Shown: positions 6,968 through 19,061, counted from the first letter of the stretch. The stretch is 35,676 nt of DNA from Gemmatimonadota bacterium (GCA_035633635.1 DASQEN010000342.1:1-35676), one strand, 5' to 3'. The notes: a model not told the origin generated them from the sequence alone. A program made the numbers and translations.

Positions 6968-8548
6968 GTGGTCGCGTCCCAGCCCCCGCCGACGCGCGGG
7001 ACCGCCCGCGCCACCCTGGTCGTCATGTCCGGCATCGGGGTGAGTCGGATCTTCGGCCTTGTCCGCGAACAAGTGGTGGCGTTCTACTTCGGGCGCTCCG
7101 CTGCCTACTCCGCGTTCATCGCGGCGTACAAGGTCCCGAACCTCGTGCGCGTCCTGCTGGGGGAGGGAAACCTGTCGGCTTCCTTCATCCCGGTCCTGAC
7201 CGGGAAGATGGCGGGCGACCGGGGGGAGGCCGTGCGCCTGGCGCGCGGGGTCCGGGGTCTCCTGCTCGCGACCGTCGCCGTTCTGACGCTGGCCGGGATG
7301 CTGGCCGCGCCGGGGCTGGCGTGGCTCGTGGCGCCGGGATTCGACCCGGCCCTCCGCGAGCTCGTCGAGCGGTTGATCGTGATCCTGTTCCCGACCATGG
7401 CGTTCATGGTCGTCGGCGCGTGGTGCATGGGCGTCCTCCACGCCCACGGGCGATTCCTGTGGCCGAACCTTGCGCCCCTCTTCTGGTCGGTGGCCTCGGC
7501 CGGGGCGCTGATCGCCTTCGTCGGCAGGGTCGACGCCGATCCCGTCTACGTTCTCGCCTGGGGCGTCGTGGCTGGAAGCGCGCTCCAGCTCCTCGTCCAA
7601 CTGCCGGCGACCCGCGCCGCGCTGCGGACGCTGGCTCCCGCCGGCGGCTGGCGGGATCCCGCGGTGCGGAAGGTCGTGGCCCTCTTCACCCCGATGCTGC
7701 TGGGGACCGGGGTGGCGCAGTTCTCGACCCTGGTCGACGTCCAGATCGCGACGTTCATCAGCGACCAGAGCGTGGCGACCTTGGCCTACGCGCAGCGGAT
7801 CTACCTGCTGCCGCTGTCTCTGTTCGGAGTCGCGATCGCCCAGGTAGCGCTGCCTACGCTTTCCCACGACATCGCCCGCTCCGGAGAGCGGATTCTCGCC
7901 GAGCTCGGTGCTGCCTGGCGCAGGATGGCGTTCCTCATGCTTCCCGCCGCGTTGGGACTCGCCGCGTTCGGTCGCCCGGCCGTCAGCCTTCTGTTCGAGC
8001 GCGGGCGCTTCGACGCGAGCGACACCACCGCGGTGACGTGGGTGCTGGCCGCGTACGCGGTGGGGCTCCTGGCGTACGGCTCCGTGCGCCTGTCCGCCAC
8101 CGCATTTTACGCGTTCCAGGACACCCGGACGCCGGTGCGGGTGGCGGTAGGCGCGCTGGTCGTGAACGTGGCGCTGGGGATCACGCTCGCATGGCTCGTG
8201 GGGACGCCCGGCATCGCGCTGGCGACCGCCGCGGCCGCGATCGCCAACGCGGGTGCGCTCGGGGTCCTCCTGCGGCGCCGACTGGGCCGGCTTTCCCCTG
8301 GGTCGAGCAGCGCGGACGTGGCCCGAATGGCGGTGGCCGCCGCCGTCGCCGGTGCGCTCGGCGTCCTGCCGTATCTGTGGATTCTCTCGCGCTGGCAGGA
8401 GTGGGAGCTCGCGGCGCGGATCGCCGGGACGATCGGGTTCTACGTGGGGATCGGCCTGGTCTATCTCGGCGTCGCGCGCGCGCTCGGGATCGACGAGACG
8501 AGGCAGGTGTGGAAGCGCCTGCGGAGCGGGCGCCGAAGCGCCCGCTAG
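6968..8548 (+). CDS. murJ: Lipid II flippase MurJ (MviN).
   Basis: SRIFGLVREQVVAFYFGRSAAYSAFIAAYKVPNLVRVLLGEGNLSASFIPVL is the MurJ N-terminal signature. The 526-aa protein is polytopic. The start is uncertain: GTG 6968 or the internal ATG at codon 20. Confidence 0.9.
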   Translation: MVASQPPPTRGTARATLVVMSGIGVSRIFGLVREQVVAFYFGRSAAYSAFIAAYKVPNLVRVLLGEGNLSASFIPVLTGKMAGDRGEAVRLARGVRGLLLATVAVLTLAGMLAAPGLAWLVAPGFDPALRELVERLIVILFPTMAFMVVGAWCMGVLHAHGRFLWPNLAPLFWSVASAGALIAFVGRVDADPVYVLAWGVVAGSALQLLVQLPATRAALRTLAPAGGWRDPAVRKVVALFTPMLLGTGVAQFSTLVDVQIATFISDQSVATLAYAQRIYLLPLSLFGVAIAQVALPTLSHDIARSGERILAELGAAWRRMAFLMLPAALGLAAFGRPAVSLLFERGRFDASDTTAVTWVLAAYAVGLLAYGSVRLSATAFYAFQDTRTPVRVAVGALVVNVALGITLAWLVGTPGIALATAAAAIANAGALGVLLRRRLGRLSPGSSSADVARMAVAAAVAGALGVLPYLWILSRWQEWELAARIAGTIGFYVGIGLVYLGVARALGIDETRQVWKRLRSGRRSAR

Positions 8549-8560
8549 CCGGCCTGCGCG

Positions 8561-9334
8561 TCAGGCCTCAGCGAGCGCCTCCATCTTGCGGCGCCTCCGG
8601 CCGCGCAGCGTTCCGTGAATCCCCCCGACGGGGCCCAGGAGGAAGTAGCTCATGCCGGCCCAGAAGGAGGCGCCAACCCCGCCGATCGCCGCGATCGAAA
8701 TCGACAGCACCCCGACCAGCGCGGAGAGCGCGTAGTGCTGGAGGCTCGTCCGCGTGTCGTACCGCTCGAGCGCGTCCAGCTCGAGCCGGTCGCGACAGCG
8801 CCAGGCGTGGTGATACAGCAGCGCCAGGGTCAGGAACACCGCCACGAAGCCTGCGCCGTAGATGAGCAGAACGATCCGCCCCTGGCTCCGTGTCATCGAT
8901 TCCGCGAGACCGGGTCCCAGCCCGAACGCAGTTTCGATCAAGGACCCGAACATGAACTTGAGCGGGTAGACGTAGAACACGACGAGGAACAAGAGGATCG
9001 CGTTGAGGACGATCGTGCGCAGGTCCTCGAGGCCGTAGCGCCGGAAGAACGTGTAGTGCGCATGCTAAATGAGAAGGAGCAGCGCGAAGCAGACGCCGAA
9101 CGTGGGGAAGCCCCGTATCGTGCGAAGGAGATCGTCGAAAGATTCGGGAACCTCGAGCGCGACGACGAGCAGTGTCACGGCGAACGCGAACACGGCGTCG
9201 CTGAACCCCTCGATGCGGGAAACTTCGCCGCCCCGCCAGCGGAAGTCGCTGCCGGCGCCGAGCTCGCGAGCGATCGCGGCCTGTCGAAGCCCTCTCACGC
9301 GACCAGTATAGCGACCGATCCCGAAGCAGCGCAT
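8561..9334 (-). pseudogene. TMEM175/DUF1211-family (K+ channel-like) membrane protein gene interrupted by an in-frame TAG at 9065-9067.
   Basis: ORFs 9065-9334 and 8561-8992 are in the same frame. The N-terminal part has the DUF1211 signature RIEGFSDAVFAFAVTLLVVALEVP. Read-through gives ...FALLLLI*HAHYTFFRRYGLEDLRTIVLNAILLFLVVFYVYPLKF. The stop sits where this family has a conserved Trp (fW..Hh..f), so TGG to TAG is the simplest explanation. Confidence 0.7.
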
Positions 9335-9394
9335 CGGAGGATACTCGCGGTGGATCGGTGCCTTTCATTCCAAGTTGCGGTAAATTAACGAGTT

Positions 9395-11227
9395 ATGAAG
9401 AAGGTCCAGGAGCGTGTATCGACTCTCCCCCGGCGGCCCGGCGTCTACTTGTTCAAGGACGGCCGCGGGGGGATCCTGTATGTGGGGAAGGCGCGCGACC
9501 TGCGGTCGCGAGTCCGCTCGTATCTGCAGCAAGCTTCCGCCTTACCGGCCAAAACCCGCGTCCTCATGAGCCACGTGCGCGACCTCGACTGGATGGTGAC
9601 CGGCACCGCGGCCGAGGCGCTCTTGCTCGAGTCGAATCTCATCAAGGAGCACGATCCCCGCTTCAACATCCTCCTCAGGGACGACAAGTCCTATCCCTAC
9701 ATCAAGGTGACGCTGAACGAGGACTTCCCGCGCGTCTACGTCACCCGCCGGGTCGTGAACGACGGGGCGCGATATTTCGGGCCCTACACCCAGGTCAAGC
9801 TGCTGCGCCGGAACCTCGCGCTGATCAAGGACCTGTTCCCGGTCCGCTCTTGTCGCTATCGGCTGCTCGCGGAGGTTCCGTCGCGACCATGCCTCGACTA
9901 CCACATCGACCGCTGCGATGCGCCGTGCGTGGGCTTCGTTTCGAAAGAGGAGTATCGCACGATGATCGACGAGGTCGTGCGGTTCCTCGAAGGCGACACG
10001 CGGGCTGCGCGCCGCGCGCTCGAGGAGCGGATGCGCAGAGCCTCGGAGCGACTCCATTTCGAACGCGCGTCCGGCTACAAGCGGCAAATCAACCAACTCG
10101 AGGAGATCCGCGAGCGCCAGCGCGTGTCGAGCCTGGGCGGCGAGGATCGCGACGTGATCGGCCTCGCGCGCGTGGGCGACGATGCCTGCGGGCTGATCCT
10201 CGAGGTTCGCGAGGGGCGGATGCTGGGCAAGGAACACCATCTGCTGGGGAACGTCGAGGCAGCGGAGGAGGGCGCGATCCTGTCCCTGTTCCTGACCCGC
10301 TACTACCTGCGCGGGGACCGCTTCCCGCCCGAGGTCCTCCTGCCGTTCGACTTCGAGGATCGTCCGCTGATCGAGGAGCTGGTCCGCGAGCGGGCGGGCC
10401 GTGCCGTGCGATTGCTCGTGCCGGCCCGCGGGGAAAAGGTCCGGCAGGTCAAGCTTGCGAACCGCAATGCGAGCCTCCTCCTCGAGGAGCGCCTGTTGCG
10501 TGAAGAGAGGGAGACCGAGCGGGCGAGCGACGACGTCCTGGAGCTCCAGGGGGAGCTCGGCCTGACCCGGATCCCGCGCCGGATCGCCTGCATCGACATC
10601 TCGACCATCCAAGGGCGGGACTCGGTGGGCTCGGTGGTAACGTTCCAGAACGGCTCGCCGCGCAAGGCGGGATACCGCCGCTTCAAGATCAAGTACGTGG
10701 AGGGGCAGGACGACTTCGCCATGGTGGCCGAGGTCACCGAGCGGTACTTCCGCGGGCTCCTCGACCATGGCGAGGATCCCCCCGACCTGCTCGTGATCGA
10801 CGGTGGCAAGGGCCAGTTGGGAGCGGCGCGCGCGGTGCTCGCCGAGCTGGGCGCACTGGACGACGTCGACACGCTCGGTCTGGCCAAGCGCGAGGAGGAG
10901 ATCTGGCTGCCGGGCCGACGGGACCCGGTATGGCTGCCGCGCCGGTCGCGGGCGCTCCAGCTCGTCCAGCATATCCGCAACGAGGCGCACCGCTTCGCGG
11001 TCTCCTATCACCGCACGCTGCGGTCGAAGCGCACGATCGCCTCGGAGCTGGACGAGGTCCCCGGGATCGGGCCCAGGCGCCGGGCCGCGCTCCTGCACCA
11101 TTTCCGATCCGTGGACCGGATCCGACAGACCCCGGTCGAAGAGATCACCAGGGTCCCGGGCTTCTCGACCGCGCTCGCCGAGCGGGTCAAGGAGGCGCTG
11201 GGCGACTCGTCGGAAGACGCGGCGTGA
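9395..11227 (+). CDS. uvrC: Excinuclease ABC subunit C (UvrC).
   Basis: GIY-YIG N-terminus (LPRRPGVYLFKDGRGGILYVGKARDLRSRVRSY), a UVR domain, and a C-terminal (HhH)2 (LDEVPGIGPRRRAALLHHF). 610 aa. Confidence 0.95.
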   Translation: MKKVQERVSTLPRRPGVYLFKDGRGGILYVGKARDLRSRVRSYLQQASALPAKTRVLMSHVRDLDWMVTGTAAEALLLESNLIKEHDPRFNILLRDDKSYPYIKVTLNEDFPRVYVTRRVVNDGARYFGPYTQVKLLRRNLALIKDLFPVRSCRYRLLAEVPSRPCLDYHIDRCDAPCVGFVSKEEYRTMIDEVVRFLEGDTRAARRALEERMRRASERLHFERASGYKRQINQLEEIRERQRVSSLGGEDRDVIGLARVGDDACGLILEVREGRMLGKEHHLLGNVEAAEEGAILSLFLTRYYLRGDRFPPEVLLPFDFEDRPLIEELVRERAGRAVRLLVPARGEKVRQVKLANRNASLLLEERLLREERETERASDDVLELQGELGLTRIPRRIACIDISTIQGRDSVGSVVTFQNGSPRKAGYRRFKIKYVEGQDDFAMVAEVTERYFRGLLDHGEDPPDLLVIDGGKGQLGAARAVLAELGALDDVDTLGLAKREEEIWLPGRRDPVWLPRRSRALQLVQHIRNEAHRFAVSYHRTLRSKRTIASELDEVPGIGPRRRAALLHHFRSVDRIRQTPVEEITRVPGFSTALAERVKEALGDSSEDAA

Positions 11228-12276
11228 CGCCGGCCGAGCTCTCGCTGCGAATCAAGGCCGAGGCCCAGGACCTGGGATTTGAGCTCGTCGGCGTGGCGCG
11301 AGCCGAGCGCGTGGCAGACGCCGGGCGGCTGGCGGAGTGGCTGGCGGCGGGAAAACACGGAACGATGGGCTGGATGGAGCGCTGGTTCGACAAGCGCGTC
11401 GATCCGCGCCTCGTCGTCGAAGGATGCCGCTCGATCGTCTCGGTCGGGCTCGTCTATCACCGGCCCGCCGACCGGGCGCCCCAGCCGGCGGGGACAGAGG
11501 TGGCCACCTACGCGTGGGGAGAGGACTACCATCGGGTTCTCAAGGACAGGCTCCACGCCCTGCTCGAGCGGGGCCGGGCCCTCGACCCCGAGTTCGATGG
11601 CCGCGCGTTCACGGACTCCGCCCCCGTGATGGACCGGTACTGGGCCGAGCGCGCGGGCCTCGGCTGGCGGGGCAAGAACACGCTCCTCCTCAACACGCGG
11701 CTGGGGTCGTTCCTGTTCCTGGGCGAGCTCCTCGTCCGCGCCGAGCTCGAGCCCGACGCGGCCGGGCTCGACCACTGCGGCACGTGCACGAGGTGTATCG
11801 ATGCGTGCCCCACCGGCGCGATCGTCGAGCCCTACGTCCTGGACGCCCGCCGCTGCATCTCGTACTGGACGATCGAGCACCGGGATGCACTCTCTCCCGA
11901 TGAGGAGGAGGCAGTGGGCGAGTGGCTGTTCGGCTGCGACGTGTGTCAGGACGTGTGCCCCTGGAACCGCGCGGCGCCCGAGTCGGCAGAGCCCCGCTTC
12001 GCCCCCCGGGAAGGCGCCTGGCCGGCCACTCTCGACGAGCTCCTGACCCTGTCGAAGGCGGAGTTCGACGAGCGCTTCGGCGACACCGCGGTCGAACGCG
12101 CCCGCTGGCGCGGGCTCGTCCGGAACGCCGCGATCGTGGCGGGGAACACGGGCCTGGGCTCGAGCGAGGCGCTCGAAACCGCCGCAGAGCACGAGGACTC
12201 GATCGTCTCCGGGGCCGCCCGCCGCGCGCTCGCCCGCCGCGCGCGAATGCCTCAGGGTCGCGCGGCTTCGCGCTAG
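11224..12276 (+). CDS. queG: Epoxyqueuosine reductase QueG.
   Basis: VTPAELSLRIKAEAQDLGFELVGVA..., with two 4Fe-4S motifs (CGTCTRCIDACPTGAI; CDVCQDVCPWN). The GTG at 11224 overlaps the uvrC stop (GTGA 11224-11227). Confidence 0.9.
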   Translation: MTPAELSLRIKAEAQDLGFELVGVARAERVADAGRLAEWLAAGKHGTMGWMERWFDKRVDPRLVVEGCRSIVSVGLVYHRPADRAPQPAGTEVATYAWGEDYHRVLKDRLHALLERGRALDPEFDGRAFTDSAPVMDRYWAERAGLGWRGKNTLLLNTRLGSFLFLGELLVRAELEPDAAGLDHCGTCTRCIDACPTGAIVEPYVLDARRCISYWTIEHRDALSPDEEEAVGEWLFGCDVCQDVCPWNRAAPESAEPRFAPREGAWPATLDELLTLSKAEFDERFGDTAVERARWRGLVRNAAIVAGNTGLGSSEALETAAEHEDSIVSGAARRALARRARMPQGRAASR

Positions 12277-12541
12277 ACGCGCGTTACCGGTGCCCACTTC
12301 CACGGGGTCCTAATGGGGCGAGCGCGATCGGTGCGATGCGTCGCAGGAGCGCGGATACGGGGTTCGGGGCGAGCTTCAACAGGACCACCTTCGGGGCGAT
12401 AAGAGCTTCGAGTGATCAAAGCGCGGTTCACACCATGGTATACGCGCGCAGCCGGGAGGACATCCCCCGCGCGCACAGGCCGCGGATCCGAGTATATTTC
12501 GCACCCGCCATGCGACCCCGGACGACTTCCGTGACACCGAC

Positions 12542-13195
12542 GTGCTGACGATCCGTCGCCATCCCGTGGGGCCCTACCAGGCCAACGCCTGGCTGGTATG
12601 CGACGAGGCGCGTCGTGAGGCGCTTCTCGTCGATGCGGGTGCCGAGGCGGACCGGCTACTCGGGGAGCTCGAGTCGAACGGGTTCAGGCTGACCGGCATC
12701 CTGCAGACCCACGCCCACGCCGACCACATCGCCGCCCTGCCCGAGATCGTGGCGGCGACCGGCGCGACCGTTTACCTGCACCCTGACGCCGAGCCGATGC
12801 TCCATTCGGCGGAAGCCAATCTCTCTGCGCTCGCGGGAATGCCGGTGACCGCACCGGTGCCGTACACCGCGGTCCGGGACGGCGACCGGCTCGAGCTGCT
12901 GGGGCGCGAGGTGCGGGTCTACCACACGCCTGGGCACGCGCCCGGAAGCGTCTGCTTTCATCTGCCCGGAGAGGGCGTGGTGTTCACGGGCGACGCGCTG
13001 TTCCAGGGATCGATCGGGCGGACGGACTTCCCGGGCGGATCGCTGGAGACGCTGCTCCAGGGCATCCGCGACAAGTTGCTCATCCTGCCCGACGACACGC
13101 GCGTTCTCGCCGGTCACATGGGGCCGTCGACGATCGGACGTGAGCGAAGCACGAACCCGTTCCTGAAGGACGGGCGAGAGTGGGGAGCGCGCTGA
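12542..13195 (+). CDS. MBL-fold metallo-hydrolase (glyoxalase II/GloB-like).
   Basis: Contains the HxHxDH motif ([13 protein letters not shown]), plus [11 protein letters not shown] and [21 protein letters not shown] start at 12542. Confidence 0.85.
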   Translation: MLTIRRHPVGPYQANAWLVCDEARREALLVDAGAEADRLLGELESNGFRLTGILQTHAHADHIAALPEIVAATGATVYLHPDAEPMLHSAEANLSALAGMPVTAPVPYTAVRDGDRLELLGREVRVYHTPGHAPGSVCFHLPGEGVVFTGDALFQGSIGRTDFPGGSLETLLQGIRDKLLILPDDTRVLAGHMGPSTIGRERSTNPFLKDGREWGAR

Positions 13196-14127
13196 GGGAT
13201 CCGGTCCAGCGCTACGCGGAGCACCTGTTGCTCGAGCGCGGCCTCTCGCGCAACTCGATCGCCGCCTATACCTCGGACATTCAGGGATATCGGGATTTCG
13301 CGGCCGAGCACGGCCTCGATCCGAACGTGAGGTCGAGCGTGCGGGCATGGTTGAGTGAGCTCGCGGAAACGAACCTCAAACCTTCCACGGCCGCCCGGAA
13401 GCTCGCTTCGCTGCGCGGGTGGTTCCGCTGGCGTGTGGCTGAGGACGATCTGGCGAGCGACCCCACCGAGACGTTGGAGGGCCCGCGGCTCGGGCGTCGC
13501 CTGCCCGCCGTGCTGACGCTGGAAGAAGTCGAGCGGATCCTCGAAGCGGTCGATCGCGGTCGACGCTTCTCGCAGCGCGACCAGGCGATGCTCGAGTTTC
13601 TGTATTCCACCGGCGTTCGGATTTCGGAGCTGATCGCCATCCAGCTGGAAGAGTGCGCATGGCGGGAGCGGGTTGTGCGCCTGATCCCGGTGGAGCGGAA
13701 GGTCCGTCGCCGCGACGGCAAGCGAGCGGTCGTCTCGGTCGGGCCCAAGGGCGAGCGCGCGCGGATTGTGCCCATCGGATCGCGGGCGGTCGAGGCGGGG
13801 ATCGCATACGTGGAGGGGGAGCGCGCGGCGCTCCGCGGCGCGGGGTCGGAGGGGAGCCTGTTTCTGAACTTTCGCGGCCGGCCGCTCACGAGGGTGGGCG
13901 CGTGGCAGATCGTCAAGCGTCACGTACGCGCGGCCGGAATCCGGAAGAAGGTGACCCCGCACACCTTCCGTCATACCTTTGCGACCCACCTCCTGGATCG
14001 CGGCGCCGACCTGCGCGCCGTGCAGGAGATGCTGGGACACGCGGACATCGCCACCACGCAGATCTACACGCATGTGGATGCGCCGTACCTGCGCGCGGAG
14101 CATCGCCGCTTCCACCCGAGAGCATGA
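13180..14127 (+). CDS. xerD: Tyrosine site-specific recombinase, XerC/XerD family.
   Basis: [18 protein letters not shown] in the N-terminal domain; catalytic region [39 protein letters not shown]...FHPRA. The XerC versus XerD assignment is not certain. The gene overlaps the MBL gene by 16 nt. Confidence 0.85.
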   Translation: MGSALRDPVQRYAEHLLLERGLSRNSIAAYTSDIQGYRDFAAEHGLDPNVRSSVRAWLSELAETNLKPSTAARKLASLRGWFRWRVAEDDLASDPTETLEGPRLGRRLPAVLTLEEVERILEAVDRGRRFSQRDQAMLEFLYSTGVRISELIAIQLEECAWRERVVRLIPVERKVRRRDGKRAVVSVGPKGERARIVPIGSRAVEAGIAYVEGERAALRGAGSEGSLFLNFRGRPLTRVGAWQIVKRHVRAAGIRKKVTPHTFRHTFATHLLDRGADLRAVQEMLGHADIATTQIYTHVDAPYLRAEHRRFHPRA

Positions 14128-15653
14128 GGAAGATCCGTTTGGCTCTTCGCATCGTATCCCGCTCCGTTCTCGGGACGCTGGCGTTCTTCGCGTGCGCGGC
14201 GCCGCTCTCCGCGCAGTCCCCCCGGGTCGAGCTCGACCCGGAGCTCCCGTTCGCCCTCGAGCATGTCATCCGGATCGTCCTCGATGCCCCCGGGGCGACA
14301 GTGACGAGCGGCGACACGACCATTGGTGGGACCCAGACGGTCGCCGGTCCGCTGGCGCACTTCGGCGGGAGCCTGATCCTCGAGGGAGAGGTGCGGGGGG
14401 ACGTGACGGCGGTCGGGAGCGAGGTGCACCTGCGGCCCGCGGCGCGGATCGCGGGGAACCTGACCGTCATCGGGGGCGGGTTCTATTCGACCACGATGGC
14501 CGATGTCGCGGGCACGACGATCTGGCTCCGCGAAGAGCGGGTCGTCGTGACTGAAGCTCCCGGTCGCGTGGTCGTGGACTACGAGCCGCCCCCGGGCCCC
14601 GGGTTCCCGATCGAGCCCAAGGGGTTCGCGGGCGTCGTGATCCACGGATACAACGGCGTGGACGGGTTGTCGTTCGGCCTCGAAGCCGGCCTCGTGGAGC
14701 GGAAGGACTGGCCGCGGACCGAACTGTCCGGCGGGCCGGTCTTCCGCACTGAGCGAGACGGCATCGGGTGGCGAGTTGGCGGTCTCCGCGAGCTGCCCGG
14801 GGCGGGCGGGATCACGGTCGGGGCCGGTGCGTACCGCGTGACCACGTCTCCCGAGGCCTGGCATCGGGGCGACCGGGGGAACGGCCTGGCGTCGCTCTTC
14901 TTCGCCGACGACGATCGCACGTACCACGAGCGGACAGGCTACGAGCTATGGGTCGAGAAGGGATTTCCCCTGGCTGCGTTCACCGTGCGCGCTTCGTGGC
15001 GGGATGACGACTTCGAGTCGCTCGAGAGCCGGGAGCCGTTCGCGTTTTTCGGCGACGACGAGGACTGGCGGGAGAACCCGCCAGTCGACGAGGGGTCGGG
15101 ACGGGCACTCACCGCGCGGGCGATCTTGGACCGCCGCGACGATCCGTCGTTCCCGATCCGGGGCCTGTGGGCGGAGGGGCGCTTCGAGCACTGGGGCCTC
15201 GGAGGCGACCTCGAGTTCGACTGGGCGCAGGGGCAGGCGCGCGCGTACGCGCCGATCCCCACGACCGCCGGATCGTTCGTCGCCCTGCGGGTGATGGGCG
15301 GCGGCCGGCTGGGGAGCGGCGACACGCTGGCGCCGCAGTTCCTGTACCGGCTGGGTGGGGGGAGCACGGTCCCCGGTTACGATGCGCTCAACCCGCTCCT
15401 GACCGGGGACCGCATGGCGTTCGCCACAGCGACCCTGCACCAGGCGGTGGCCGGAGCGAAGACGCGTTGGTACGTCGTAGGCCTGGCGTCGATCGGCGAC
15501 GCCTGGTTCGCCGACCAGGACGTGGAGATGAACGCCAGCTTCGGTGCCGGGATCGCGATCCACGGCAAGCTGCGGTACGCGGGGGTGTTTGGAGTGTATG
15601 GGGTGGAGGAGGAGCAGTGGCAGCTATACACCCGCCTCACCCCCTGGTTCTGA
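14124..15653 (+). CDS. Outer-membrane beta-barrel protein, Omp85/surface-antigen(D15)-like, with an N-terminal beta-helical (bactofilin-like) region.
   Basis: The ATG at 14124 overlaps the recombinase stop (ATGA). Signal peptide [34 protein letters not shown] repetitive G-x-V pattern follows ([39 protein letters not shown]). The C-terminal part has [14 protein letters not shown] (compare the Omp85 L6 'RGY/F' motif) and ends in an aromatic beta-signal (...[10 protein letters not shown]). Confidence 0.6.
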   Translation: MRKIRLALRIVSRSVLGTLAFFACAAPLSAQSPRVELDPELPFALEHVIRIVLDAPGATVTSGDTTIGGTQTVAGPLAHFGGSLILEGEVRGDVTAVGSEVHLRPAARIAGNLTVIGGGFYSTTMADVAGTTIWLREERVVVTEAPGRVVVDYEPPPGPGFPIEPKGFAGVVIHGYNGVDGLSFGLEAGLVERKDWPRTELSGGPVFRTERDGIGWRVGGLRELPGAGGITVGAGAYRVTTSPEAWHRGDRGNGLASLFFADDDRTYHERTGYELWVEKGFPLAAFTVRASWRDDDFESLESREPFAFFGDDEDWRENPPVDEGSGRALTARAILDRRDDPSFPIRGLWAEGRFEHWGLGGDLEFDWAQGQARAYAPIPTTAGSFVALRVMGGGRLGSGDTLAPQFLYRLGGGSTVPGYDALNPLLTGDRMAFATATLHQAVAGAKTRWYVVGLASIGDAWFADQDVEMNASFGAGIAIHGKLRYAGVFGVYGVEEEQWQLYTRLTPWF

Positions 15654-15714
15654 TCCGGCCGCTGAGGATGACAGATCGCTGCGATGCGCTGCTCGGTCTC
15701 CTCTGCGGCGATCC

Positions 15715-16443
15715 ATGATTCTGGGGGCGATACCGGCGCGGTGGGGGTCGACGCGCTATCCCGGCAAGCCGCTGGTGGAGATCGCGGGTCGGCCGCTTGT
15801 GAGCTGGGTGGTAGAGGCGGCGCTCGAGGCGCGGACGATAGACGCCGTCGTGGTCGTCACCGACCACGAGGAGATCGCGCGCGCGGCCGTGGTCGCGGGC
15901 GGGCGCGCAGTGGTGATCGGCCGCGAGGCAGCCTCGGGAACGGACCGGATCGCGCATCTTCTGGCCACCGACGAGACGTGCGCGAAGGCGCGAATCGTCG
16001 TCAACGTGCAGGGAGACGAGCCGCTGCTCGAGCCGTCCGCGATCGACGCGGCCGTGGAAGCGCTCGAGAGCGAGCCCGGAGCGGACATCGCCACGCTCGC
16101 GCGCCCGATTCGACCGGGTGAGTCGGCGCAGGATCCGAGCGTCGTCAAGGTGGCGGTCAGCGGCGCGGGACGGGCCCTCTACTTCTCGCGCGCCCCGATT
16201 CCCCACGGCGGTGCATCGCGCGTCCACGTAGGGCTCTACGCATACCGGCGGAGCGCGTTCGACCGCTTCGTCGCCGCCCCTCCCACCGCGCTGGAGAGGG
16301 TGGAGAGGCTGGAGCAGCTGCGCGCGCTCGAGTTGGGTCTCGCGATCACGGTCGTCGCGTTCGACTCGCGCTCGATCGGCGTCGACACCCCGGAGGACGT
16401 GGCGCGGGTCGAGGCGGTCCTGTCGAGGGTGTCCGAGCGGTAG
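15715..16443 (+). CDS. kdsB: 3-deoxy-manno-octulosonate cytidylyltransferase (CMP-Kdo synthetase).
   Basis: MILGAIPARWGSTRYPGKPLVEIAGRPLVSWV...VNVQGDEPLLEP. Start set at ATG 15715; the 5' part of the 299-aa ORF overlaps the preceding gene out of frame. Confidence 0.9.
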   Translation: MILGAIPARWGSTRYPGKPLVEIAGRPLVSWVVEAALEARTIDAVVVVTDHEEIARAAVVAGGRAVVIGREAASGTDRIAHLLATDETCAKARIVVNVQGDEPLLEPSAIDAAVEALESEPGADIATLARPIRPGESAQDPSVVKVAVSGAGRALYFSRAPIPHGGASRVHVGLYAYRRSAFDRFVAAPPTALERVERLEQLRALELGLAITVVAFDSRSIGVDTPEDVARVEAVLSRVSER

Positions 16444-16503
16444 ACGCGGACCCTGCCCGGGCGTAGATTCCTGCTTTCGAGCGCGCCGGCAATCCTAGTG
16501 TAG

Positions 16504-19057
<2,554 letters not shown>

Positions 19058-19061
<4 letters not shown>

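Noticed and set aside
9065-9067. In-frame TAG in the TMEM175-like gene as programmed recoding (pyrrolysine or a reassigned stop).
   Set aside because: TAG terminates many well-defined genes in the window at the positions expected from homology. No pyl genes or PYLIS-like context are visible here. A TGG->TAG nonsense change or a base-call error is far more parsimonious.
9542-11101. Very long antisense or out-of-frame ORFs in the six-frame track. Examples: 9542-11101(-) 519 aa opposite uvrC, 34124-35629(-) 501 aa opposite ahcY, 21021-22424(-) 467 aa opposite lptA, 23304-24494(-) opposite rpoN, 16495-17487(-) opposite pyrG, 13114-14115(-) opposite xer, 7321-8865(+) out of frame in murJ, 27174-28733(+) N-terminal part, and 12656-13348(-).
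   Set aside because: Their products are Arg/Pro/Gly/Ala-rich low-complexity strings with no recognisable motifs. Each overlaps a gene with unmistakable family signatures. Stop-poor alternative frames are expected in GC-rich DNA.
12484-12510. Possible dif site near the xer gene. The reverse strand reads GGTGCGAAATATACTCGGATCC, resembling the XerC arm GGTGCGCATAA of E. coli dif.
   Set aside because: Only the left arm matches partially (about 8 of 11). The central region and the more conserved XerD arm (TTATGTTAAAT) have no counterpart. dif sites are also not expected next to xer genes.
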